From assembly GCA_051294905.1 (NCBI GenBank), contig CM119372.1, positions 16,122,001-16,186,000 of the forward strand: a stretch of DNA of 64,000 nucleotides, in the 5' to 3' direction. Positions 24,293 to 37,800 of the stretch are shown one piece after another; the first letter of the stretch is position 1, and the number at the start of each line of letters is the position of its first letter. The stretch comes from Botryllus schlosseri. Lineage: Eukaryota. Below the pieces are notes generated by a model that worked only from the letters and a program-made list of their open reading frames with translations, did no database searches and was not told the origin of the DNA. Made by a program: the position numbers and the translations under genes.

Positions 24293-24850
24293 TTCAAAAC
24301 GAAAATGATATTGTTACCCAGGGAGAAGGTAGATTTCCAAGTGAAAACTGTATTGGTACTCAGGTAAATGATAGTTTCCAGACGAAAAGGGTTTGTTACC
24401 CAGGAGAAAATGATTAGTTACTCTAGGTAAAAGTATTTTTCCAAGTGAAAATGTATTGTTACACTGGGTAAACGCCGGATCTCCAAAAGAAAATGATATT
24501 TTTACTCGGGTAAACGACGGACCACCAAGTGAAAATGGTTTGTTGCTCAGGGAAAAAGGTTTGTTAACCAGAGAAAAAATATATTTCCAAGTGAAAAAGG
24601 TTTGTTAACCAGAGAAAAAATATATTTCCAAGTGAAAAAGGTTTGTTACCAAGAGAAAAAATATATTTCCAAGTGAAAAAGGTTTGTTATCCAGGGCAAA
24701 AATAGATTTCCAAGTGAAAAGGGGTTTGTTATCCAGGTCAAAAATATATTTCCAAGTGAAAAGGGGATTGTTACACTGGGTATACGATAAATTTCCAAAG
24801 GACAATGGTATTTCTACTCGGGTAACGACCGACCTCCAGGTGAAAATGGT
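24293..24850 (-). repeat. Mirror copy of the ~41-42-bp tandem array
   Basis: CCAAGTGAAAA-anchored units; one unit fewer than the left array. Confidence 0.92.
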
Positions 24851-26509
24851 AATTTTACTTGGGTAGGTATCGTTTTTTAGTGTCGTTGGTATTGTTAAAC
24901 GTTGTCGCCGGTAGCTGTTGGTATACTATTACGAGTGTGAAAAGGATTTACACGTCCTGTGCAGAGTATCGCGATAGTAAACATATTTTTGGTGCGACGA
25001 AACAAGATCGTTGTTTAAATTTTAATGCATTTCGATTACCGAGTTGCTGTACAGTAGAGATGACTCTACATTAGACCGTGCTGTATACTTCGATTAAAAC
25101 CACAAGACCACGTGTAAATCTATTCGCGCAACTAGATGATGTTGATATAGTGTTACTAAAATTAATTATTACCTATTTACACAACATAAAAAAAAATAAC
25201 AATTCATGTCGTAGCAGGTTTCTTGAACTCGTGCTTGATGAAAACGATTGGCGACAAGTATGCGTTTGTGTTTGAGTGAAAAATAATTATTTAGAGTAGT
25301 GACATTTTGTGACCGACGAATGCAAATCGATCATGATATTACAATATACGCTTTCGTCAACATAACGACTTGGCGCAGGAGAAACACTTTCATGTTTTTT
25401 CAATAACTGGATTCTCGAGACTTGTTACTTGTACCATGTACCGTTGGTGACTATAACGGCCATTTTGTATGATAGTACGTTTAGCTGTTTTGTTGTTAGG
25501 GTAATCACTTGATGACCCAGCACTTTTTGTTAGCAAAGTAGATTGATTTGTGTGTAAGATGTAAGCACCGTAACTAAAAACATATGTACTCTGTTGTTGG
25601 AGTAGCTGATTTATTGCTATGACATGGACATATCCTGAAGGCTTGGTTGGTTTGTTGTTTTACGAAAGATGACGCGACCTCGGTGTCGTAAATTGTGTTA
25701 ACTAAACTCGGGTGGATACCACAATTGTGCTGGACTTACACATGGTATTCGCATACTGCACGCATACAAACTTTTGTGTAAACAACTCTGATGTTTCTGT
25801 TGGTACTAGTGCTGTGTTGAACTATTTGGTTCTTAAGACACATGAACACCCATTCGGACAATAAAGGTCTTGTGATATCGAAACAGTTTGTAGAGTCTAA
25901 CCAACCATTCTTTAGTTTCGTAATGCGAGAATATCGAGTAAAGTTAATTACTTAGTGCGATGTTAATATCCTTCGTACTTTTGTAAGAGTTGTGGAGTAA
26001 CATACCAAGTAACTAGTTGACACAAACAAAATATTGAATGACTGCTAACGCATTGAGTTCATAATCCAAGAGGGTGAAATTTGTTTACTGTTAAACTAAC
26101 ATAACTCGTATCCAGCGAAACAGATACAATCCGGTGATGTGATGTTGGTCAATATCCATTTTGTAAAGATTGAGTAAATCCTCTTCCGTCAGGTGGGTGT
26201 GGTTCAAATCAATAGCATGTTACACATAAACATCATTTGTATTGAGGGTGATATTGTTAAGTGATGATGCCGCAACAACACAACAAGTATTATTTTGTAT
26301 CATGTGTTTGTGCTTTAGGAATAGCGAAGTGTGTGATATTTTGGATATCTGTGTTCGGCTGAAACTAGGGTTGTCCTTGGGTCTTGTGTTGGGTAAATCA
26401 GAACTATGTCTAGAATTCAAGCACGTCCAAGTAACGTCTTTTAGTGACAGAGTATTGTGATGACATTTACTTTAGCGAATGACAACGGAAAAATTTCCAA
26501 TTTCTCTGA

Positions 26510-26544
<35 letters not shown>

Positions 26545-28414
26545 ACAAATAATTCCAGTACACCTAACTATAGGATACATTTAGTAAACATCGTGCAAAT
26601 TGTTTCTTTGTGATGGTAACGACTTTCGGCGGCTTAGTTTCATGTCGGGAATTATTATTTGAGGGTTCAAAAACAATTACAATCAATACTAGAAATGAAC
26701 AACAATGCAAAACACGTTTAGCAAATAACAGTGTAGCAAGTACTTTTTTGATATTACGAGTGTTGGATACTAGACACTTCTAGTTGAATTGAATGCATCT
26801 AACAAACATATCACAATTTACTTTTACAATAATCAAAGTCTTAGAGTGTATAACCTCGCGATATTTTACATTTAGCACGCACAATGGGGAGTTACTGAAA
26901 TGATTAAGAATTGATCGCTAGCTTCGAACGGTACTCGATACTCAAAGTGATATTTTCACACTGTGTAAAGTGCATATGTTTCAATTCTCTGTCGCAAATT
27001 CCGACAGTAACGACATTGATGTTAAATCCTCACCCGTGGTTATTGTAAGTGAATCCTAAACATCGCAACAGTCGGTATGGAAATCGAACGCGTGCGTACT
27101 TTTAGATAGGTGACACTAACAAGTTTATTACACCCGTGAAATACTCTGAAACGTCGATTCGTGATTGTGTTAGCTATATTCATCTTCCATATCTGTGGAC
27201 ACAGAGATATCTTGACTTTGGTTACAACTCACTCGAAACGAATTGTCGCGGGTAATCTAGAAAAGCACAAGTCGAAGACGAATGATTTGATTTCAATAAA
27301 CTAAAAAAAATTCCTTTTGTTTTGATGTTGGATTTAATACAATTTGTATGACTATACCGAATTCGAATGTGCAATGTTACTTTAGTAGAAAAATTGGATG
27401 ACTCGCATTTTGATATTGATAGATGTGTAGAGTAATATGACTAGTTTATAAAATCTCGGTAATGTTTTTTTCGTCATGTCTGTGATCAACAAATATGTGA
27501 TCAAGTCTTACCATTCGATATTAACTTTCGCAGTCGGTGTAATTTGTTGAAGTAACAATACCGACGAGTTCAATAATATTCCTCATCGATGTATTCGAAT
27601 AATCCGTCAGCTGCAAGCGGATTTAAAACTTGATGGTGTTTCGCGGTTAACTCAAGTCAGTGGTCGTGTTTGTGTTGATTTCAGGAATGATCATGACGAG
27701 TTGCCTGGGTAGATTAGTTAATGTGGTTGTAACTACGACCGTACAGAGTTGCTGACACCCCAATATCTTTTACGGATTTATTTGTGATAAATTAATTCTC
27801 AGTTATTGTTCAGACATTCAAATCTCGTATACTCAAAATATAATATGTCCAAGTCAAATCGTATATGCGCCGATTAGTAAATACTTTGTCTTCAGAATAG
27901 TAACAACCTTTACAATTGAATAAAAAGATAGAGCATACGAATACAACCAGGATGAATTAATTCAAATTTGTGAGTTGTAATGATATAATCAAGTAAGTGA
28001 AACTAGATTTTTAACAATTGTTAATGTTGTGAATAATTCTTTTGAGTTTGAAATGTGGCTGGATCAAAGTTGGTAGTCATGTTTGTCAATCCTATTTCAA
28101 TTCACACAATGTCAAAGTCCAAATATTTCATTCTGGATTATTTGGATTTACCTTTAGTACATCCCGCGAATGGATTTAAAGTTGGCAAATTACCAAAATG
28201 ATTGAATAATATCGGGTCAGAGATAGTTGGTATTGATTCTATAAGTGTTAAAACAGCGGCGTGGAATGTGTGAATGATCCGATGATGGTGAATGTTGGCG
28301 TCAGTAATATTCAGGTTACGTTCGATTCAACAGATCGCGTTAATAGGATTTGAGTTGGGTCGAATCAATACATTCAAATACGATTCAACTTGATTTGTGT
28401 AGTGAGTTACACTG

Positions 28415-29050
28415 ATGACTCCCACTTTATCAAACGATATGACATCGAACAGTGTCAACACTATGCAAGTCGGAGCAACTTCAAATTTTCACGTCGGCGT
28501 CAAATTCGTCTCATCACCCAAAAGAGGTGGCGTTAGCCAATATCTCAAAGGTATATTCATCGACGGCAATAACGAAGAGATATCTTTCACGTGTTTCAAT
28601 CGTGATTTGTTCGGGAACATTGAGAAAGCATTCACCAAACGAAAAAAACTCATGGTCAAATCCGGTTGGGTTCAAATTGATAAATTTACTGGAAAACCCG
28701 CTGTATTACTGAGACGGGCTTCGTCAGTAACTCTACATGGAAAATCGAGACATACGACTGAAGAATACCCATTATTGACCTGTGAATCGGTATACGGAAA
28801 TAAAGATGAATACGTCTCGATCGCCGCTACTTGTGTTTCTCGAGAGGAGAAGACGGTCAATTCTGGTGCCGGAAAGGAGTTGAAATTATACAGTTTTACA
28901 TTGAAGGATGATACTGGTGAGGTGGTTTTGGACCAATGGAACAAAGCCTCGCTCGTACCCGGGAAGAAATATCAACTCACTCGTGTTAAAAACTGTGTCG
29001 GCAGCTTGAAAATCGATTCGTTAACTAGACTTGTTGAATTGAAAGAATAG
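28415..29050 (+). CDS. 211-aa putative ssDNA-binding tandem OB-fold protein (right-arm copy)
   Basis: Intact ORF. Four clustered differences from the left copy were seen, at 28681, 28684, 28699 and 28712: three synonymous and one G>R. Confidence 0.72.
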   Translation: MTPTLSNDMTSNSVNTMQVGATSNFHVGVKFVSSPKRGGVSQYLKGIFIDGNNEEISFTCFNRDLFGNIEKAFTKRKKLMVKSGWVQIDKFTGKPAVLLRRASSVTLHGKSRHTTEEYPLLTCESVYGNKDEYVSIAATCVSREEKTVNSGAGKELKLYSFTLKDDTGEVVLDQWNKASLVPGKKYQLTRVKNCVGSLKIDSLTRLVELKE

Positions 29051-29559
29051 TTTGCATATTTGTATACCACAATACAATATTTCACGTAATATGTATGACC
29101 TATGTGATTCGACAACTGGGTTAGTGCAGTGTTGTTCTACTGATCGAGGTGTGAAAATTGCGCTATCGCGATGAGGTTGTGACTGTGAACAGCAGATTAT
29201 TCTGTAGGCGCGAAACAGCGAATAAGCCGAAAGTATTATTCAGGTGGCAATCAATAGCGAGGAAAGCGGTCATTTGACACGACTAAACTACGACATCATA
29301 TATCATAATTTACGATCAAACTATTTCACACTGACCGGTCTAGTGTAATAATCGATAGTAGCACACAACTGCACGGAAACAATTCAGCGCGCAGGTCATT
29401 CGGAATATAGGTCGCACTGCTTAATCCTCACAAGCCACGTTTCCGTTTGTGCGGTTATTGTTGGTGACTATTCAACACCACGCGAGAGATGCCTGAAAGT
29501 ACGAATCATCGCTGCATCCATAAGAACGCATGGCGAGTCACCACATATCGCGTAAGAAT

Positions 29560-29770
29560 ACATGGCACCTCACCACCCCCGCCATAAGAGATAAGGGTCA
29601 CCTCACCACCCCCGGTTTTCAGGCACCTCACCACCCCGCCCATAAGAGATAAGGGTCACCTCACCACCCCCGCCATAAGACACAATGGCACCTCACCACC
29701 CCCGCCATAAGAGATAAGGGTCACCTCACCACCCCCGGTTTTCAGGCACCTCACCACCCCGCCCATAAGA
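29560..29770 (-). repeat. Right subterminal G-rich repeats
   Basis: Seven perfect CACCTCACCACC cores, versus four on the left. Confidence 0.9.
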
Positions 29771-30019
29771 ACCCCATTGCGTCATGCGACCGATCTACTT
29801 AACTACTTCTAGGCGCCGAATTGACCAGCGCCGTATAGTCCAGTGCCCGCAGCTTGAGCCGCATGTATCAAGTATCAAAAAGACCTGCCGAGGAAAATAA
29901 TGAGCCCCGTGTCGAAATGCGAATTTGGAATCGCGTTCGTCTCTTAGAAGAAGATATTATTTTGATTTCGACTGGTGGCAAGTGATTCCACTATATCTGG
30001 AGCAACGACAATCTTTACC

Positions 30020-30340
30020 TAGGGTTACCATATTTTGGGAATCTGAAGAGACTTACAATGCCGCAGTAAAATCCGGAAAATTGGTAAATTTGTAGCGACT
30101 TTGTAATTGGTTGGTTGAAAAAAAGTCAACTTTCTGGCTCAACTCCCTAAAGTCCGCCGGACCGTCACTTGAATATGGATTTCCTACATATCAGTTAAAT
30201 TTCATCATACATTTAACCAAAATTTTCAAAAAAGGAGAACAAATTCTCAAAAAAGAGGACATTTGGGCGTTCTCCGAGGACACTTTCAAAAATGTTAAAA
30301 AAGAGGACAGGTCCTCTTAAAAGAACGTATGGTAACCCTA
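30020..30340. mobile_element. MITE with TAGGGTTACCATA TIRs (hAT-like)
   Basis: TAGGGTTACCATA...TATGGTAACCCTA. Relatives at ~30867-31420, ~54161 and 55089-55758. Confidence 0.7.
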
Positions 30341-33300
30341 CTATACCGTGACCTTTGCAGACAAATCTAGCGTCACACCAACCTTAATGTGACACCTAAC
30401 CAACTTGAATGATGCAGGGGTGGGCACATCTTTCATCATCATCAGACCATGTCATCGTGACAACACGGATTGGCCTGTCACTCATTGGATATGGTACCGA
30501 ACACAATGGACTTGGAAACGACCAAATCAACCACAGAAGATCTATAATTGCGCGGCTGAAAATAAATTACGTAAATATTGCGTACATGTAAGCGATAGGT
30601 CGGGTGCGGTAGCGACCAACATTTATTCTCTTTGAGACCAATAATTCAAGATGGATTCAATCAACGGATGCCGTTTTCAGCTGCAAAAAAACAGTTGAGG
30701 GTATTCCTCGCTTCAAACGTAAAATAATAATAAATTGAATGTTGGGCACGCAAGCTGATGAAAATTTGACATTTTTGACATTTTGGCACGCTGCACACAA
30801 AAGGTTGCCGGCCCCTGATATACGCATTACGTAAGAACCGCAGGATACAATCAACGAATCTATACCTAGGGTTACCACACGTCCTTGGGAAGCGAGTAGC
30901 GCAGTGTGCAAAGCGACACCGCCACGACATCACTGGTTGTTGGTTCTAGTCTCGGCTTTACCAAGTTCTATGTATCGGAGGCTCTTCTTCGTCGCCGACC
31001 TCACTGCGATTGCAGTGAATTGAAAGCCCAGTAAGTACAGTGAGTCGATCCTGAAAGTCGGCAGTAAAGATCCGTTGAATGAAGGCGCATGGAAGAGGGA
31101 GTGCAAGAAAAGTCGTCATGAAAAAATGCATCAAACTGTTGAAAATTGCCATTGTGCCATCGTCGTGAAGCACAAAGCCTGACAAGGGTATAACCACCAC
31201 TGTCGTACCGATCAATACAATACAATACCGTACGTTCTTTTCTGCCTCTTATTTCAATAAATGGAAAATGTCCTCGGAGGACGCCTTTTCAGGAATTTGT
31301 CCTCTTTTTTAAATAAAAAGGATCAAAAGGCTACAATAAACGCGACCCCGACGTAACGAACGCCAGGATTTCGTAAAAAATCGGGTAAATCTGGAGTTGA
31401 GTCGGAGTGGTGACCTTTTTTTGTCAACACTGCATAGCATCCGTCGAAAGTTTTTCAAAATCGCCAGTTTTCTTGTCCGGTGCTGACGCTTTCAGAGTTT
31501 TCGAAAACGGTCCTCTTTTTAGGATCTCAATGTATGGTAATCCTATTATGCCAAAACCCTGGCTTTCCCTGTCCAACACATCCTTACTTCGTAACATTTG
31601 GCCCATTCGTAGAGAGAATAGTGTATCGCCTCCTAGACTTTTTTACATGGAAAACCGAAAAAAGCATTGCCAAATATACGTATCCTGTGGCAATCGGAGA
31701 GCAAGCGCTATTACATTGACATAGAATAGATAAATTGGCGGTAATAGCATATAGTAGTTTATTCGGAGGTCAAAGTTAGTAATATGCAGGGACGGTTCGT
31801 GAGCTTCTTGGTTGTAGAGGCACTGAGTTGTTGAGCACTGATAAATCTAAATTAGTAGCTGATTCAGTTGACGAGTTGCTTCTTATCGCACGAGCACTAT
31901 TAACATGCAGGATAGAAAAATTTGCTATACTTACATATCCAAAATTGAAGGTAAAAGGTGAAACATATACATGCATTCCTACATATGTAAGGGGTTTACG
32001 AAGTTGATAGCGCATTGTTTCACTGCGCTGCAATTGTCGGATTGCTAGCCAACAATGAGATTTCTTTGTGCCTCACGTGGCTATTATTTTTTGCGCTTTC
32101 ATTTTACGTAACGGAGCCAAATCTAACATTCCTGGGCGATTTTGGGGGGCAATTAATGCTCTGATATTATCTTTAATCAAATTTTTGGAATCAGTGCTTT
32201 AGTAACATTCGATATTCGGAGCTGATTTTGATGAATTGATATATCACAGGATTGGCCTGTCAGTGCCACACCGGTGCCTCATCTCTCCTGTCACGCTATG
32301 TTTTTCAACCATAGCTGTGCAAATCTCGTTGGTAATAAAATTGATGTGTGATAAATAGCATTATGATGTCACATGAAGTCATATTTGAATCCCTCGAAAG
32401 CAGGTCTTCTTAACCCGATGTCAATGGACCGATTGGGCGTAAGAAGCACCTAAGCAGGGTGTATGAGATGAATATTGAAATAACACAGTAGTTAGAGACT
32501 AAAAGTGGAATATTTTCTGGGCTGATTTATTCAAATGGACGATTTCCTCCGCGATTAGCGCGATGTGATGTCGGTGAATTTATTGTTTCTAATATGGTAA
32601 GTGGTTACCACTCCAACAAGCGATAGTATGGTATTTCAAATATCAAACATAAGCATGATTTACCGAAATGAGTAGAGCTGCCCTCGCAACCATAAGATAA
32701 TTATTATCTTTTGAGTAGCGACAATATTCCCTGAAGTTCACGAAGCGTAAACTTGTTTCAACAATGTAATTTTTACCAGCCAAGCCAATGCGCGAGAAAC
32801 TCAGGAAAAGACATAACCGTGTGGTGGGGGCAATTAAACATGGCTTGAGATGTGTAATGTCGTGACCTAAATTTTCGGAATCGTCAGATCAACCGGAAAA
32901 TATGATCACGTGCGCTGAGAGAGGATAAAAAGTATTTGAAATATATGCGAGTACACTTATAATTAACAGAATTCATATAGCCTTAAAATATTATACGCTT
33001 TGTCTATTTTAGACAACAAATGCACGGTTGGCCCTGGAAATAATTGGATAAGTCTTGCACATAGGTAAACTGCGTATTGCTGATTTCATTCGTTATGACG
33101 AGAGTGTGCTTGCTTGTGAAGTGTGTTTATAAAACCTTGTGATGTAGAATAGCCCGCATCAGAATTTTTGTCGAAAACTCTGGGGACTCGAAAAAAGCGT
33201 TTGATGGCGGCCTGACAAAGTGCTGTTCAAATAAAGGACAAGGGTAAACATTTTAATGAAAGCTCAAGGGATCGCGTAAAATGTTATGAATCACAGACCT

Positions 33301-34273
33301 AAACTGAAAACGCAAGTGCCTATTCTAGATTTTGAGATAAGCCTATAGATCCGTGCTTTCTGGCATTTCATAACGCTTTCAAATGTTAATTTATAGCATG
33401 GACCAGTAAGCGTGGAGAATTACTAATAACAAGTATAGCGAACTGTACCGCTATTATCAAAACCACATATTCGCTCACTAATGGATAATGTAATGGAACG
33501 TGACGAGCTTTCAAACGTGTGTATACGCAGTATTCACTTGTTAGACCCATATTTCTGACAGGTAAGGAACCACTTTGCTTGATGTGTCAATAAGGCATCC
33601 AGGGTTAAGCCCTCGAGGATCGAATAACGCTTTTGTACTCCATCACGGCTCTGTGGTTTTTTCTCACGTTGCAGTGAATTCAACCTTGAAATTGCATTCC
33701 AGTGACGGATTTTTATCAATACACTTAACACTGGAAATGTGTTTTGCACGTTTCATCGTACCGCTTGAAACATTTAAAACAAATGCTGCAGATATCGCGT
33801 AACGCAGTGATTCTTAACCTTTGTCTTTGCATACCGTTTTTGGACCGTCACGGACCCCGTGGACCACACAAAGTTTTACTTTTAAAAATTCAGCTCAATT
33901 ATTGTATTACCACTATCTGTCATGTGCAAATATTTATTGCAGGCTCGTGATAAACAACAACAAAACGTATTTTCTTAAAAATACCTCCACACAATTTATG
34001 TATGAATTGGGTCGACTTCTAATACTTCGAAGCGAATTGTGTATATACATTTCATGAAATACGTGATATTGTATTGATAATGCGCGCCTTCAATTTTATA
34101 TGAACGATTGCCGAAAACGCATTACCTAAAAAGATAAGTGGTGGCAAATGTTATAATAACGCGTAACGCCTGCACAACACCTTGGGATATGATCGCAACA
34201 TATACGGCACCAAAATTGAGAATTATAGTTGTTATCAACATGCAGCACCCAACCAAGTTATTTCCATCTAGCA

Positions 34274-34817
34274 CAGTGATTTTCAAACTGGGGAGCGCCC
34301 CCTTGGGGGACGTGAAAGCATCTGAGGGGGCACGAAGCCATCTGAGAGAAAAGACGTTTTGTGAACACGGAAACTCGCACTAATCAGAAGATATCCCTGA
34401 ATGAAGTGTAACTGGTGAATCGGTGTAACTCTGCCATTGCTTTATGTCAGGTACGATTGGGCTAAGCTCAAGTGCGATAATAGAAGGGATTGGGCACCAA
34501 AATCACTAAAATATCTATGTGCTGCGTGTTACTATTGCACATTATGATGTTTAACCAAATATTAAATTGGAAATTTTCTCGCACTAGGCGCGATTTAAAT
34601 CCAGCTTAGCATTGTTCCACCGTGTTTTCCGAATTCCATATTTAAGAAGTGTCGCAACTTGCAACCGCCACAATGTCTTCCATGCCTCCCAACAGTGCTT
34701 TGGAATTGTAAAGATGATGGTTGCTCTTCTTATTATTTTTTGATATGACGATAAGGGAGGCGCGACATTCTTCAGTATCATGAAGCGGGCGTGTCGAAAA
34801 AAGTTTGAAAACCACTG
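34274..34817. mobile_element. hAT-type MITE
   Basis: TIRs CAGTGATTTTCAAACT / AGTTTGAAAACCACTG. Exact 8-bp TSD ATCTAGCA. Confidence 0.82.
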
Positions 34818-34845
34818 ATCTAGCAGCTCATCACTGATCTAGCAG

Positions 34846-37800
34846 CTCATCTGTTGGTCTGAGTCACAGCTTCTTGTGATTTCGTCATAGTATGAATGAA
34901 AATCTCACGAAATTGAAAGGAGATCTGTATTATAAAGCCCGGCAAAAAGAGAGCTCGAATATCAATTTGTATGGACTGGAAACGGAAAGATCTTTCTGCG
35001 AAAAAGCGAGGAATCCAAAATAATCCACGTACACTCAATGGAAGTGCTGCAACGCCTTAAGTAGAAAATGCTAATGAACTTACTTATCATGTTGTATACG
35101 CTGAAGTAAAGAATGGCGACCCCAGAAACATCTGAGCAAAATCCCAATGACGAAGAAGATGGAAGCCTATTGTTTACCAACAACACTCAATGCAAGAAAC
35201 TTTTACCAAGTGAGCTGAAGCGAATTGGAAAAAAATCTACCATGATGGACCTAAATATCCGATCTCTCCAGAGACACCATACTGACCTTTCTACTCTATT
35301 ATCCTTAATGCAACAACCTCTCTGCATACTTGGAATCTCCAAAACACGTCTTGAAAGTAACCCACAAATCTAAATAGACTAGGGTTACCATATTTCTGTG
35401 ACCCAAATTCCGGACACTCTTGGGCCATATAATAACCAATATAAGTGACATAGAGCTGTCTCCAGCCATATTCTGCCATGATATCTCTGGCCATTTTCCT
35501 ATTTTATGAGAATTTGGTTTAAAACCTATTATATCTCGTCCATCTCATGCACTGCAAAGAGACTTGAGTAACCTGAACTACGACAGCCTCTTACAAGATG
35601 CATATGAAAAATTTGAGCAAGCGGCTACGACACCATGTGTCAACAGTAACAAATTGAACAAGAAATTCAGTAACTTTATTGAGGACATCCAGAGTTTGTT
35701 CGATTCACACGCTCCGATCAAAAGACATTCTCGACGACACCAAAAAATCAAATTGAAACCATGGCTCACACCTGGCATCCTTTGAGCAATAAAAACTAGG
35801 AATTTTTTGTATCAGAAGTTTATTAGAACAAAAAATGTACAAGATATGCTACGTCGCAAAGAATATGCCAAAAATTGTGTTCATTCAAGAAAAAAGCAAG
35901 AGAAGCATATTTCCGAAAATTATTTTCGATCTGTCATGGAAATCAAAGAGATACTTGGAAGATCATAAAAGGGTTAATCAATAACAACAAAACTTCTGCA
36001 CTCCCATATATGAAATGTGCTGTAAATGGTAGTACCATCAAAGAACAAAAGAATGTAGCAAACGAGTTCAACGACTTCGTCGCATCAATTGGTCCAAAGT
36101 TAGCTTCTACTGTTCCACCATCCGCAACGAAAAGGCAAGATTACTTGAGAAGAAATACGTCGTCAATGTTCCTGGAACCATCAACAGCGGATGAAGTGAA
36201 ACTATACATAGGCCTACTCTTAAATCTGCTAAAGCAACGGGACATGATCAAGTACCAAATAACCTCCTTAACATATTTGCAGGCCCACTGAGTGTTACAT
36301 TATCATATTACTTCAACAAATCGCTTGATCTCGGATGCTTTCCGAACTCCCTCAAAATAGGTAAAATAACCCTTTTCTACAAAGGAGGTTCAAGGTTCGC
36401 GACAAACAACTATAGGTCTGTTTCAGTTTTACCTGTTCTAGCAATTGTATTTGATAAACTTTTAGAAAGTAGGCTCCCTAGTTTTATTTCAAAATACAAA
36501 ATAATCAGCAATCACCAATATGGTTTTCGGGATCAACATTTTACTATTCATGCTATTCTTGAAATAATGACAGGATACTACGATGTACAATCAACCAACA
36601 GTTATGGTGTGGCTATCTCGCATGACCTCAAAAAGGTATTTGATACTGTCGACCATTCATTACTAATTGATAAGCTAGAATGTTATGGTGTACTGTACGT
36701 GGTAGTGCTCTCGAAATATTTCGTAATTATTTTACTGACCGACAACAATATACAGTCATCGGTCAAGAGAAATCTGACTATCGTGCTGTCTCCTGCAGTA
36801 TACCACAGGGGTCAGTTTTGAGGCTAACTTTGTTTCTATTGTATATTCATGATATAACTGCCAGTTCACAATTCGCCACTACCCTTTTTGCAGATGACAC
36901 TCACTTACTGCTATCCTCATCCAATAGTCAAAATCTGTTGATATCAACCGACAACCAACTTGAACTTATCAGCAACTGGCTCACATGTAACAAATTGTCC
37001 ATCAATGCTAGTAAGAGCCAAGTATTACCAATAGGCAAAGAAAAAAAGGAGAACAGAACTCTCCAATACTAATCCCAAATTAATAATGGCTGATCAAGCG
37101 ATGTGCTTTTGCAAATCAATGAAAGATCTAGGAATTTTTATTGACCATGACCTCAGTTGGAATACCCATACAAGTCATGTTTCGTCCAAGATCTTTCGCA
37201 ATACTGGTGTCTTGTGACGACTAAATAGAATTGTCCCTATGCCTACGCTCAGAAGTCTTTATTTCTCCATCGTTCACTGCCATTTGCAATATGGTATTAT
37301 TATGTGGCGATCTGCAACCCAAACTATTTTGAAAGCACTGCAAGTAGGGGAGATGTGGTACCGATGGATCACTGGGACCGAAAATACTTGTAAAATTCTC
37401 TATGATAATCCCATGATTACATTCCGTGAGCTTGTCTACAATTGCATGCTGGCAACATCTTTCCTCACATACAAAAAATTTCGACGTGCGCGAGCTATGG
37501 GGTCTCTGACAGATGTGTTTTGTTTTGGGGGGTGTAAACTAAATTTTGATCGACGCATACATTTTTCTCTGTAGCCTTTAGTACAAACAAACCAGCAATC
37601 ATTTTTAATGTGAAGTGTAGGGCTTGTATCAGGCTATATAATGGCACATATCATTTTATTCAATACCTCCCTTGAGCGGAATTTTTTTGCCAATTCATGT
37701 ATCAAATTCGTAGGGTGGGGACCGATGATACAGTAGCCAAATCAAGCAAAATAATCAAGCATACTAATCACGCAACAACTGACACATGCCTACGTACAGA

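Larger units (their letters stand above)
16245..29807. mobile_element. Giant palindromic (foldback) non-autonomous Polinton/Maverick-like element
   Basis: Termini AGTAGTTAAGTAGATCGG...CCGATCTACTTAACTACT. Perfect 6-bp TSD TCTAGG (16239-16244, 29808-29813). Inverted arms 16245-22598 and 23580-29807 around spacer 22599-23579. AG...CT ends, an (AGT)2 terminal repeat and a 6-bp TSD are established Polinton hallmarks. No core Polinton gene recognised. Confidence 0.85.
23580..29807 (-). repeat. Right arm of giant inverted repeat (6228 bp)
   Basis: Reverse complement of 16245-22598. Inner junction GTCATCTATGCCC at 23580. Confidence 0.97.

Noticed and set aside
16245..29807. Palindrome as a pure sequencing or assembly foldback artefact
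   Set aside because: Judged unlikely. The palindrome ends exactly at transposon-like termini with a direct 6-bp TSD and unrelated flanks. It has a unique spacer, and the arms differ by SNPs, indels and repeat number. Raw reads are still needed to exclude partial collapse.
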